Shown: positions 46,161-58,637 of the stretch, in pieces | How the letters are laid out: each line of letters starts with the position of its first letter | Numbering within the stretch: the first letter of the stretch is position 1 | NCBI RefSeq assembly: GCF_963921235.1 | Contig: NC_086108.1 | Location: forward strand, 66,528,001-66,592,000 | Source: Mobula hypostoma | Taxonomy: Eukaryota | Direction: 5' to 3' | DNA: 64,000 nucleotides | Position numbers and translations under genes: made by a program | Notes under the pieces: model-generated | What the model was told of the DNA's origin: nothing | The model's database searches: none | Seen by the model: only the letters and a program-made list of their open reading frames with translations

Positions 46161-49119
46161 ATTTGTAAGTGCTTTAGTTAGTTCATTTAATTGAACTCAT
46201 ACGTCACTAATTTTTAATGAAAAACCTGAAAGTTCAGGTTGCAATTACAGATAGAGTACAAAATCCTACAACTTAACTGTTCTTTCAGTCAGTAGAAAGC
46301 TGGTGATAGGATGTGGATATGTCATGGTATTTGAAGTTCATGTAGGAAAAGTGCATCTGCTCGAAAGTCCCTTTCCTTTGAGTATTGCAAAGCACTTTTT
46401 TGCTTTCTTCCATTGCTTTTGACTGGGTTTTGTATTTTAATTGACAATAGGTTATTTCAATTAAGGTGGCAGCAAGGTACTGATAATTATAAGAGAGAAA
46501 GCTCAAGGCTTGAATTGCCTCAGAAGATAAGATTGTAAGTGTAATGATTGGGAGTATAACGACTAGAATAAAACAACAATTTATTAGCTGGAGAATTTAG
46601 TATTTTTGAGATGATTTTAACCCATTTTGTCCTATTCTGGCTTACCTTTCTTCTATTCAAGATGCTTGTCAAATCTGTTGAAATCTTTCCCTGGATATCC
46701 AGTGCTCACCTGAGTAAAATTATAAAATAGGTGGCACCTATTTAAGAGGTGCTGGATAATTCACAGCTCAATGCTGCCCTCAACTTGCAGCATTGCAAAA
46801 ATACACCTTTAAAATTCAAGTATGGAGTTTGACAATGATTAGAAATTTGTTGATAGACTCTTTTGTGGGTTTCCTCTACATTATTGGAAGGAGTAGATTG
46901 AAGTGCTATCTGCTAGGATAGCAGGAATAGTCTTCATCTCCAAGGAACCTCTTCTGCTATGTGAGTAAGGTGATACTGGAAGTACTTGGGGTCAGGCCAT
47001 TGTGATGGTTTTTTACATATTTAGTCTTCTGAAAAGTTCATATCACATGAATGTGGAGTAGAATCCTATTTAGAATGTTCACTATATTTTGGGGTGGAGA
47101 CATTATTACAATGATACTGCCTATTGTACTTTGTACCCTGGAGAATGCTGTCATGTGACAGCAGTTTCAACTTCTCTTGCGCCTTCCCTATACTGACGTT
47201 CCAAAGGTTAAAAATTAGGATACCCACCTGAAATGAGTGCTGACAACAGACTGCAAGCTGAATGATGTAGAAACCAGTAGTTGCAGCCTGGGGGGAAAAT
47301 AGTGTCATTAAAAATGTGGACTGTGGCTTTTTTCACCTGAGGGTGTGTGCAGTATATGCTTAAGGGGTGTGACTGTAATAAGCAACTGAATTTCTGCACT
47401 GCCTCCTGATTAAAGTATAATCTTATTGAAAATTAGAAGTAGGCAAGAGGAGCTGAGTGACTTTGTACTTTCCACTAATTCCTACTTCCTGGAAGGAAAG
47501 TTGAGATAGGATTTTGAATTTTGTTTATAATTACAAACATTTAAAAGAAAAATCAATGATGTATGAGTTCTTGTATTATAATATACTCTATCTGATCTAC
47601 ATATTTCAATTGGACTTATTTCTGCTAAGTTCTTTCTCAATATTTGTCCACTTCTGAGGAACATTCAAAGTTCATAATTATGTTATGAGTAATTAATAAT
47701 GCTAAATTGGGTTGAAATTGATGAAGATAAAGTAATTGCCTCATAAGCCAGGACCAGTAGGACATTTTATTAATGTGTTTAAATGATGCTGATCTTAATT
47801 GCAACCCCTTTTAATCTTTACAATGGTAAATGTGTGTGGTTGTGGACCTTGAGTTCCTTGAGGAAACCTGCTGATTACAGCCTCTTCCAAACACAGTAAT
47901 TGCAGCATGATCCAAAAGATGCCAACACCAATTCTCCATCACAGTATTGTGGCTAGCTTTCACCTCTGGGCTCCAAACTGAATTCCTGAAAAGATAAATT
48001 GCTTCAAAGGTTCATTCTTTTGTCCTTGTGCCAGTGTTTTCCCTGCCTGGTAACCAAGCTGGTCATGCTGGCTCTTTAGCTGACTCCCCAGAGTGAAACA
48101 AATGGCAAATGACAATGGTGCCTGTTTGTTAATTTTGGTAGGATATTGCCAGTCATTTGGCAATTTTAGCCCTTTTATACAGCCTCCTCAGGAATATCAG
48201 GATCTGAAACTTCATCCTTGTCTGAATCCTATTTTTCCCCTTCAATCATGGCAAATCAAGAGTGGAGGAGAGAACTGCTTACACAGTAGAATGACATAAC
48301 TCTATTTTAACAGCCAATTTTATAGAACAATTTTACAGATTGATGCAAACATTTAGATTACGTTGAGGGGAATGGTTAAGAAATTTATGAATAGGTTAAG
48401 CTGTTATCTAACATGAATGCTCTGCTGCAATTTTTTTTTATTATTGTTGGCACATTCATGTTATTACACAACCTTCACAATATAAATCTGATAAGGAGCC
48501 TTATTCTTAAAATAGTATCTTTTTCAAAAAAAAGGCAAGTAAAAGATTGCTTTCATTTGTGATGATTTAAAGATTCTTTAACCCTTTAGACAAACCATTT
48601 GTAAATGTTAAATCTCTGCTAACCAATTTTTACTGCTTTATCTCTATTTTCTCATTTAAATCTATTATTAAGACCTTTCTCTTTAACTGCTATTTCCTGA
48701 CCCAATTTCCTTGTGTCAATCTCCGACAGTTTTATTTTACATAATTTTCCTGTGATATGCCCTTGGACAATTTACTACATTGGAAGCTTCAAATACAAGG
48801 TATGGTTGTTATTACCAGCATCACAGGTGTGTTGGTGGAAATTGTTAATACAGTAACACTATCTCCAATAATTTCCAATGTTAATCGGGCTGAACAGTAC
48901 TCAAGTACCTTCCTTCATGGACAGACATTGGTGAGAACCACTGATCAATAGGTCTTAATTCAGAAGACAGAGAATCAATATCGTTCTTCAGAAAAAAAGT
49001 CAACTTCACATGATACTTTGTGATACCTTATGTATGTAAATAAACAGGGGCACTTTGTAAAACCTTGGCTTTGCAAAATTCAGCCATATCCTCTGATTAA
49101 AATTTTTATAACTTACAAG

Positions 49120-49311
49120 ATTCCCACCCACCTGGCTTCACCTATCACCTTCCAGCTATCCTCCTTGCCCTCCCCCACCTTTTTATTCTGGTGTCTCCCC
49201 CCTTCCTTCTCAGTCCTGAAGAAAGATCTTGGCCAGCAATGTGGACTATCTATTCATTTACAAAGATGCTGCCTGAGCTGTCGAGTTCCTGTGGCATTTT
49301 GTGTGTGTTGC
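49120..49311 (+). mobile_element. PLE terminal-repeat fragment
   Basis: cagtcctgaagaaagatcttggccagc...gatgctgcctgagctg...gtgtgtgttgc. Confidence 0.75.
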
Positions 49312-50591
49312 ATGAGATGTAAAATGTTTATCATTGTGAAAGAGTTAGTTGCTTATTTATAGGTTTTTTTAAAAAGTGGTGATAATGACATTCTACATTT
49401 AATTTCACATCAACCAAAGTAAGTATAAAATGTGTTGCAAGCACATCATTTCTCAATTTTAGTCATTATATCGTAACTGGTAGAGGAGGCCAGTTCCCTA
49501 AGTGGAACACTTTTAATTAAAAAGCATTAATGAATTGAAGTAATATTAGTTTCTCTCTCTCTCTGTTCAGTTGTATCGTGATAGCTATCCCACTGACCCA
49601 TTTTCCTGAGGTATCACCATATCCATCGATTCCTTTCTGTACTCCAAAGTTCACGTCTATTCAACTGTATGGCTAAAACTTCAGTCAGGAGTGGAGGATT
49701 TACTCTGTTCCTGAGGCAGAGAATTTCAATTTTCCCATACTTTGTGGGAGGTAATTTCTACTCACCTCAATAAAGACTGGCTTCATTCTGAACCTTGATT
49801 TTGAATAACTAATCATGGAAAGTATCCTTCCAACATCTCTCATGTCATACAACCTCAATAAATGGGAGAAGGGAGGATTGTGCATGGCACTGAACTAGTA
49901 GTCAGGCGACCACTTGGAATGACATGCTTTTTGAAATTATTTATTGTGTGATAATACTCGTCTTGGCCTCAAGCTAGAACCTCAAGCAGGACACAGAATC
50001 AGTTCAATAGTTTCTTAATAGACATGTATCACATTTCACTTAATTGTTCTGTGTTCCCATAGCTAGGAATGAAACCAAAAAGAATATGAATGATAACTTA
50101 CAGAGATGAAACAAGAAGTTTCTGCATTTGATGATAATGCTAATTTCCAATTCATGAACTTATTGGCATTTCCTTTCATTTTCTGTGGAGCTGAAAAGTA
50201 AAGGCAGCCGATCAGGTGCTGGGATCACCATGTATGTGCAGATGTAGAGTTTCAGCAAACATAGCACCTCACTAGAGTGCACATAGGAGGGAGGAAGGAC
50301 CCTCTGTTGGATGCCCTGTCCTCCTCGATGATAGATAAAAGCCTGGTTACACAGGTGATGGTCTGTGCCGTGCAGAAATATGCCTACTCTTGACTGGAGA
50401 GTTTTCAGAGATGATATTTCCACATGGAATTTTATATGAGTACTGATCCTTTTGTGAACTTAAGGTGAGGTAATGCTGAATCTCTGTCGGTGTTTATTGA
50501 GAACGAACATTCAGCAAGTTTAATGATGTTTGGATTTGCCAATTCTGTATAAAGATCTTGGGATATTGATAATGGCTACTGTACACTATCA

Positions 50592-51435
50592 CCACAACAC
50601 ACACAAAATGCTGGAGGAACTCAGCAGGCCAGGCAGCAACAATGGAGAAAGAGTACAGTTGACATTTCGGGCCATTAGAATGGGAGAATAAAAAAGATGG
50701 AGTCAGAGTAAGTGGGAGGGGGGAGGGGAGGAAGAAACACAAGGTGATAAGTGAAACCCTGGGGGGGGGGCGGTGGAGTGATGAAGTAAAGAATTGGAAG
50801 TTGATTGGTGAAAGAGATACAGGGCTGGAGAAAGGGGAATCTGACAGGAGTGGACAGAAGGCCATGGAAGAAAGAAAAGGGGGAAGAGCACCAGAGTGGT
50901 GAGAATGGGCAGGTAAGGAAATAATGTGCGAGGGAGAAATGGGAACGAGGAATGGTGAAGGGGGGGGCAGGGCATTACCAGAAGCTCAAGAAGTCGATGT
51001 TAATGCCATCAGGTTGAAGGATACCTAGACGTAATACTAGGTGTTGTTCCTCCAACCTGAGAGTGGTCTCATCGCAACAGAATGCAAATGGGAAGTGGAA
51101 TTAAAATGGGTGGCCACTGGGATATTCTGATTCTTCTGGCAGACGGGAGTCTAGGTGCTAGGTGATGTAGTCTTCCAATCTACCTCACGTCTCACCGATA
51201 TACAGGAGCACCAGATACAGTAGATAATCTAACAGACTCACAGGTGAAGTGTCGCCTCACCTGGAAGGATTGTTTGGGACCATGAATGGTAGTGATTGAA
51301 GAGGTGTAGGGGTAGGTGTAGCACTTGTTCTGCTTGAAAGTATAAGTGCCAGGAAGGAGATCAGTGTGGAGGGATGAATGGACAAGTCGTGTAGGAAGTG
51401 ATCCCTGTGGAAAGTGGGGGGTGGGGGGAGGAGGG
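50592..51435 (-). mobile_element. PLE 3' part (GIY-YIG remnant plus terminal repeat)
   Basis: ORF 51192-51464(-): PGTYTFKQNKCYTYPYTSS...QSFQVRRHFTCES. Confidence 0.85.
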
Positions 51436-52940
51436 AAAGTTGCATCTGCTATTTTTCTGCCCATTTTACTGGCTGATACAGATCCTTCTGCGAGCCATGA
51501 TAGCCTTCCTCACTGTCTACTGTACCCCCAGTCTTGGTGCCATCTGCAAATTTGCTGATAACAGTGCACTGGTGGCACAGGGTTTTAATATTTGGGATGA
51601 TGGAGATGGTATCCGTCATGCCAACTGCTTTGTCACAAATGGTATCAAGCTTGAGATTTGTTGGATCTGCATGCACCTGGAATAGCCAGCCTCTGTTCTG
51701 CTCCCATAGCCACAGTTTTCATTCAGCTAATTCATTTGACATTCTGGTCAGTGGTGACCCTCAGGGTGTTGACGGTGGATTCTTGGCGATGGTATTGTCA
51801 TTGAATATCAAAGAAAAGTGATTAACATTTTCTTGTTGGTGATGGTCATCGTCTGGCTCAAATGTCACTTAGCAACCGATGTTTGAATATTGTTTACTTC
51901 ACAGAGTCATACAGCAGAGAAACAAGCCCTTTGGCCTACTGACCTCCAAGTACCTGTCTATATTAACCTCATTTTCCAGCACTTGGTTCATAGTCTCCCC
52001 AGGTTTATAAATTGGGAGCGTACCTGTCCTTCGCATTCACTTGGACTGTATGTTCCTGATTACAGCCAAACTCAGAGCGGAAAAAGTTCTTTCTCTAATC
52101 ACTATTGTCTTTGGCACTCCATAATTGTATATACTACATCTGTATCGGGTCCCTCCTTGGTAGCCTCTGCTTCAGGGAAGACTAAACCGGATTATGCTGT
52201 TTCTGAAAGACTCACTCTGTCCTGGGCAACATCCTACTGAATCTCCATTGTACCCTCTCTAGTGCAAGCAAGCACATCTTTCATGAGTGTGACAACCAGA
52301 ACTGTATATGGTACTCCTGCTGTTGCCTAACTGATATTTTATAAATGTCTTCCAATTAGTAGTTTATGCCCTGGCTAATGAGGACCTGTATCCCACATAT
52401 CTTCACTACTTTATTTACCCACCACCTTCAAGGATCTTTGGACGTACATCAAAGAACTTCTTTCCCTCAATACTCCTTAAGGCCCTACCATGTATTGTGT
52501 TTGCCATGTCCGTATTAACCCTCCCAAAATTATCATTAGATATAGGAGCAGATTTAGGCTGTGTGGTCCATCGAGTCTGCTCCGCCATTTCATCATGGGT
52601 GATCCAATTTTCCTCTCAGCCCCAGTCTCCTGCCTTTTCCCCGTATCCCTTCACGCCCTGACCTATCAAGACAAACTCTACCTTAAATAACATAAAGACT
52701 TGACCTCCACAGCTGCCAGTAGCAATGAATTTCACAGATACACCACTCTTTAGCTAAAGAAGTGTATCATTTTGCCCTTGTCTGGATTAAATTCTATCTA
52801 CCCTTGTTCGATCCAAGTTACCTAATAATCAATATCATCCTGCTGTCTATCACTTCCTCCTCACTATAGATCACATCATCAAGTTTCATGTTACCTGTCA
52901 ATTTCCTAAACATACCTCCTGTATCTGTAGATAAGTTATC
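51436..52940 (-). mobile_element. cluster of older CR1-type fragments
   Basis: ISKFADGTKTGG (51.5 kb); CR1 3' ends at about 51900 and 52540. Confidence 0.6.
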
Positions 52941-52950
52941 AATATATACT

Positions 52951-55885
52951 AACATAGAAATATAGAAAACCTACAGCACAATACAGGCCCTTCGGCCCAC
53001 AAAGTTGTGCCGAACATGTCCCTACCTTAGAAATTACTAGGCTTACCCATAGCCCTCTGTTTTTCTAAGGTCCATGTACCTATCCGGAAGGCTCTTAAAA
53101 GACCCTATCGTATCGACCTCCACCACAGTTGCCGGCAGCCCCTTCCACGCACTCACCACCTTCTGCGTAAAAAAACTTACCCTGACATCTCCCCTGTACC
53201 TACTCTCCAGCACCTTAAACCTGTGTCCTTTTGTGGCAACAATTTCAGCCCTGGGAAAAAGCCTCTGACTATCCACACTACCAATGCTTCTCATCATCTT
53301 ATACACCTCTATCAGGTCACCTCTCATACCCCGTCGCTCCAAGGAGAAAGGGCTGAGTTCACTCAACCTGTTTTTATAATGCATGCTCCCCAATCTAGAC
53401 AACATCCTTGTAAGTCTCCTCTGCACCCTTTCTATGGCTTCCTCATCCTTCCTGTAGTGAGGCGACCAGAACTGAGCACAGTACTCCAAGCAGGATCTGA
53501 TCAGGGTCCTATATAGCTGCAACATTAGCTCTTGGCTCCTAAATTCAATTTCATGATTAATGAAGGCCAATACACTGTATGCCTTCTTAACCACACAGTT
53601 AACCTGTGCAGCTGTTTTGAGTGTCCTATTGGACTCGGACCTCAAGATCCCTCTGATCCTCCATACTGCCAAGAGTCTTACCATTAATACTATATTCTGC
53701 CATCATATTTGACCTACCAAAATGAACCACTTCACACTTATCTGGGTTGAACTCCATTTGCCACTTCTCAGCCCAGTTTTGCATTCTATCAATGTTCTGC
53801 TGTAACCTCTGACAGCCCTCCACACAATCCACAACACCTCCAATCTTTGTGTCATCAGAAAACTTATCAACCCATCCCCCCACTTCCTCATCCAGCTCAC
53901 TTATAAAAATCATGAAGAGTAAGGATCCCAGAAAAGATCCCTGAGGCACACCACTGGTCACCAACCTCCATGCAGAATATGACCCGCCTACAACCACTCT
54001 TTGCCTTCTGTGGGCAAGCCAGTTCTGGATACACAAAGCAATGTTCCCTTGGATCCCAAGCCTCCTTACTTTCTCAATAAGCCTTGCATGGGGTACCTTG
54101 TCAAATGGCTTGCTGAAATCCATATACACTACATCTACTGCTCTTCCTTCATCAATGTGTTTAGTCACATCCTCAAAAAATTCAATCAGGCTCGTAAGGC
54201 ACAACCTGCCCTTGACAAAGCCATGCTCACTATTCCTAATCATATTATGCCTATCCAAATGTTCATAAATCCTGCCTCTCAGGATCTTCTCCATCAACTT
54301 ACCAACCACTGAAGTAAGACTCACTGGTCTATAGTTTCCTGGGCTATCTCTACTCCCTTTCTAGAATAAAGGAACAACATCCGCAACCCTCCAATCCTCT
54401 GGAACCTCTCCCATCCCAGTTCATGATTCAAAGATCATTGCCAGAGGCTCAGCAATCTCCTCCCTTGCCTCCCACAGTAGTCTGGGGTACATCTCATCCA
54501 GTCCCAGCGATTTATCCAACTTGATGCTTTCCAAAAGCTCCAGCACATCCTCTTTCTTAATATCTACATGCTCAAGCTTTTCAGTCCACTGCAAGTCAGC
54601 ACTACAATCACCAAGATCCTTTACCACAGTGAATACTGAAGTAAAGTATTCATTAAGTACCTCTGCTATTTCCTCCAGTTCCATACACACTTTCCCACTG
54701 TCACACTTGATAGGTCCTACTGTTTCCTGTCTTATCCTCTTGCTCTTCACATACTTTTAGAATGCCTTGAGATTCTCCTTAATCCTGCCCATCAAGGCCT
54801 TCTCATGGCCCCTTCTGGCTCTCCTAATTTCATTCTTAAGCTCCTTCCTGTTAGCCTTATAATCTTCTAGATCTCTAACATTATCTAGCTCTCTGAACCT
54901 TTTTGTAAGCTTTTCTTTTCTTCTTGACTAGATTTATTATAGCCTTTGTGCACCACGATTCCTGTACCCTACAATATCTTCCCTGTCTCATTGGAACGTA
55001 CCTATGCAGAACTCCACAGAAATATCCCCTGAACATTTGCCATATTTCTTCCGTACTTTTCCCTGAGAACATCTGTTCCCAGTTTAAGCTTCCGATTTCC
55101 TGCCTGTCAGCCTCATAATTCCCCTTACTCCAATTAAACACTGTTCTAACTTGTTGGTTCCAATCTCTCTCCAATGCTATTGTAAAGGAGATAGAATTAT
55201 GATCACAATCCCCAAAATGTTCTCCCACTGAGAGATCTGACACCTGACCAGGTTCATTTCCCTATACCAAATCAAGTACAGTCTCTCCTCTTGTAGGCTT
55301 ATCTACATATTGTGTCAAGAAACCTTCCTGAACACACCTAACAAACTCCACCCCATCTAAACCCCTTACTCTAGGGAGATCCCAATCAATATTTGGGAAA
55401 TTAAAATCTCCCATCACGACAACTTTGTTATTATTACATCTTTCCAGGATCTGTTTCCCTATTTACTCCTCGATATCCCTGTTACTATTGGGCGGCCTAT
55501 AAGAAACACCCAGTAATGTTATTGACCCCTTCCTGTTCCTAACCTCCACCCACAGAGACTCCATAGACAATCCCTCCAAAGCCTCCACCTTTTCTGCACC
55601 CGTGACACTATCTCTGATCAACAGTGCCATGCCCCCACCTCTTTTGCATCCCTCCCTGTCCTTTCTGAAACATCTAAAACCCAGCACTTGAAGTAATCAT
55701 TCCTGTCCCTGAGCCATCCAAGTCTCTGTAATGGCCACCACATCATAGCTTCAAGTACTGATCCATGCTCTAAGCTCATGTGTTTTGTTCACAATACTCC
55801 TTGTGTTAAAATACACATCTCAGACCGTCTGTCTGAGCGTGTCCCTTCTCTATCACCTGCCTATCCTCCCTCACACACTGTCTCC
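52951..55885 (-). mobile_element. CR1 LINE with near-complete ORF2 (APE endonuclease + RT), frameshifted
   Basis: FRKDREGCKRGGG...YRPPNS (endonuclease), GDCDHNSI, LDKSLGLDEMYPRLL, DFSKPFDKVPH, GVPQGSFLG, KFSDDTKIGG, LEYCAQFWSP, TKGHRFKV; tail (TTTCTATR)n at 52951-52968. Confidence 0.95.
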
Positions 55886-57079
55886 ACTAAATACTGTTTA
55901 ATAGCAATCGTCCCACACCAACTCCTGTGGTATAGGCTTTCAATCATAAAAGTAACTCTCCACCGTTATGTTTTGCCTCCTATTAACAATATACTTTTGG
56001 ATCTATCTGACGTTTGAGTCAAATTCTTTGGAAGTTGTTTTTCCTAAAATGTTGAAGTAGGCCATAACTCCTGAATCTGTATGTAGTTAATTTTAACCTA
56101 ACTAATATGATCATGTGCAACAGCTTTACTCATGCCAAATTCGCCTGTGAAGTTAAATTATTTCCAATCCCATTTGTTTCCTCCACATCAGGTTGGAAGT
56201 TCTGCTGTTTATCTTGCAGGAGAACTTTGCCACTGTTTTTGAAACATACTTCATTCATCTGCTGTGGAACCGAAATATGAGCAGAAATGTGAAGAGGCAG
56301 CATGTGATGTTTAATTGGTTAATTGTGTTACAGTAGAAGCTGGCCAGGTTTCACTTCAGACTATGCACGTCTTTAAAATGCAATGTTACAGAAGCCTAAA
56401 GAATGCATCAAGGTTGATTGTTTTCTCTGGGTTAGTCAATGAGAATGGATACATGGGTTTTAATTTTAAAATTCCTTATAGTCTCTGAACATTTAGTTGC
56501 AGATTATAAGAATCAGATGTAAAATTTGTTGTTTTGTGGCAGCAGTGCACAGAAAAGACATAAGATTCCAAAAAAATTATAAAATAAATAAGTAAGTAGT
56601 GCAATAAAAGGAATAATGGGGTTGTGTTCATGGACAGTTCAGAAATCTGATGGTAGAAGGGAGGAAGGTATTCCTAAATTGAGTGTGGGGGTTCAGGCTC
56701 CTGTACCTTGTCTCTGACGGTAGCAATGAGAAGAGATCATGTCCCAAATGCCGAGAGTCCTTAATGATGGATGTAACACTGGTACCTCTGAGGCACTACT
56801 TCTCGAAAATATCCTCGATGGTAAGGGGGTTCTGCCTGTGGTCGAGCTGGTTAAGTCTACAACCCTCTGCAGCCTCTTGTAATCCTGTGCATTGGAGCCT
56901 ACACACCAGGTTTTGAAGGAACCATATACCTAAAGAAGTTTGCAGGAGTCTTTGGTGACATAACTAATCTGCTCAAACTCCTAGTGAGGTAGAGTCACTG
57001 GTGTTCTGTCTTCCTAATTGCATCAATATTTTCGGTCGAGGAATCAGGTTTATTATCCCTGACATATGTAATGAAATTT

Positions 57080-58514
57080 TAAAAACGCAAACAGCAGGAA
57101 TTCTGCAGATGCTGGAAATTCAAGCAACACACATCAAAGTTGCTGGTGAACGCAGCAGGCCAGGCAGCATCTCTAGGAAGGGGTACAGTCGTTGTTTCAG
57201 GCCGAGACCCTTCGTCAGGACTAACTGAAGGAAGAGTTAGAGATTTGAAAGTGGGAGGGGAGGGGGAGATCCAAAATGATAGGAGAAGACAGGGGGGGGG
57301 GGATAGAGCCAAGAGCTGGACAGGTGATTGGCAAAGGAGATATGAGAGGATCATGGGACAGGAGGTCCGGGGAGAAAGACAAGGGGGGGGGAACCAGAGG
57401 ATGGGCAAGGGGTATAGTCAGAGGGGCAGAGGGAGAAAAAGGAGAGTGAGAGAAAGAATGTGTGTATAAAAATAAATAACGGATGGGGTACGAGGGGGAG
57501 GTGGGGCATTAGCGGAAGTTAGAGAAGTCGATGTTCATGCCATCAGGTTGGAGGCTACCCAGACGGAATATAAGGTGCTGTTCCTCCAACCTGAGTGTGG
57601 CTTCATCAAGGTCCCGATGTGGCCTTCTATATATTGGCTTCCCGATGTGGCCTTCTATATATTGGCTTACGCGACTCCCTTGTCCATTCGTCCCTCCCCA
57701 CTGATCTCCCTCCTGGCACTTATCCTTGTAAGCGGAACAAGTGCTACACGTGCCCTTACACTTCCTCCCTTACCACCATTCAGGGCCCCAGACAGTCCTT
57801 CCAGGTGAGGCGACACTTCACCTGTGAGTCGGCTGGGTTGATATATTGCATCCGGTGCTCCCGATGTGGCCTTTTATATATTGGCAAGACCGGACGCTTT
57901 GCTGAACACCTACGCTCTGTCCGCCAGAGAAAGCAGGATCTCCCAGTGGCCACACATTTTAATTCCACATCCCATTCCCATTCTGACATGTCTATCCACG
58001 GCCTCCTCTACTGTAAAGATGAAGCCACACTCAGGTTGGAGGAACAACACCTTATATTCCGTCTGGGTAGCCTCCAACCTGATGGCATGAACATCGACTT
58101 CTCTAACTTCCACTAATGCCCCACCTCCCCCTCGTACCCCATCCGTTACTTATTTTTATACACACATTCTTTCTCTCACTCTCCTTTTTCTCCCTCTGTC
58201 CCTCTGACTATACCCCTTGCCCATCCTCTGGGTCCCCCCCCCCTTGTCTTTCTTCCCGGACCTCCTGTCCCATGATAATCTCATATCCCCTTTGCCAATC
58301 ACCTGTCCAGCTCTTGGCTCCATCCCTCCCCCTCCCGTCTTCTCCTATCATTTTGGATCTCCCCCTCCCCCTCCCCCTCCCACTTTCAAATCCTTTACTA
58401 ACTTTTCCTTCAGATAGTCCTGACGAAGGGTCTCGGCCTGAAACGTCGACTGTACCCCTTCCTAGAGATGCTGCCTGGCCTGCTGCGTTCACCAGCAACT
58501 TTGATGTGTGTTGC
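57080..58514. mobile_element. young hairpin PLE: minus arm 57080-57607, plus arm about 57668-58514 with GIY-YIG remnant
   Basis: Perfect 13-bp TSD tgtaatgaaattt (57067-57079 and 58515-58527); ORF 57595-58116 encodes the GIY-YIG domain with a short deletion; hammerhead motifs at 57187-57222 (-, mutated) and 58416-58451 (+). Confidence 0.95.
58416..58451 (+). ncRNA. minimal hammerhead ribozyme motif
   Basis: AGUC CUGACGA A GGGUCUCGGCCU GAAACGUC GACU. Confidence 0.75.
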
Positions 58515-58637
58515 TGTAATGAAATTTGTTGTTTTCTTTGATGTTGGCACTCAAGAATTTATAGCTGGTCACCTTTTTCACCTCCAACCACAGTGCATGT
58601 TCTCCTGACTTTGTCGTCCTGAAATCCACAATCAATT

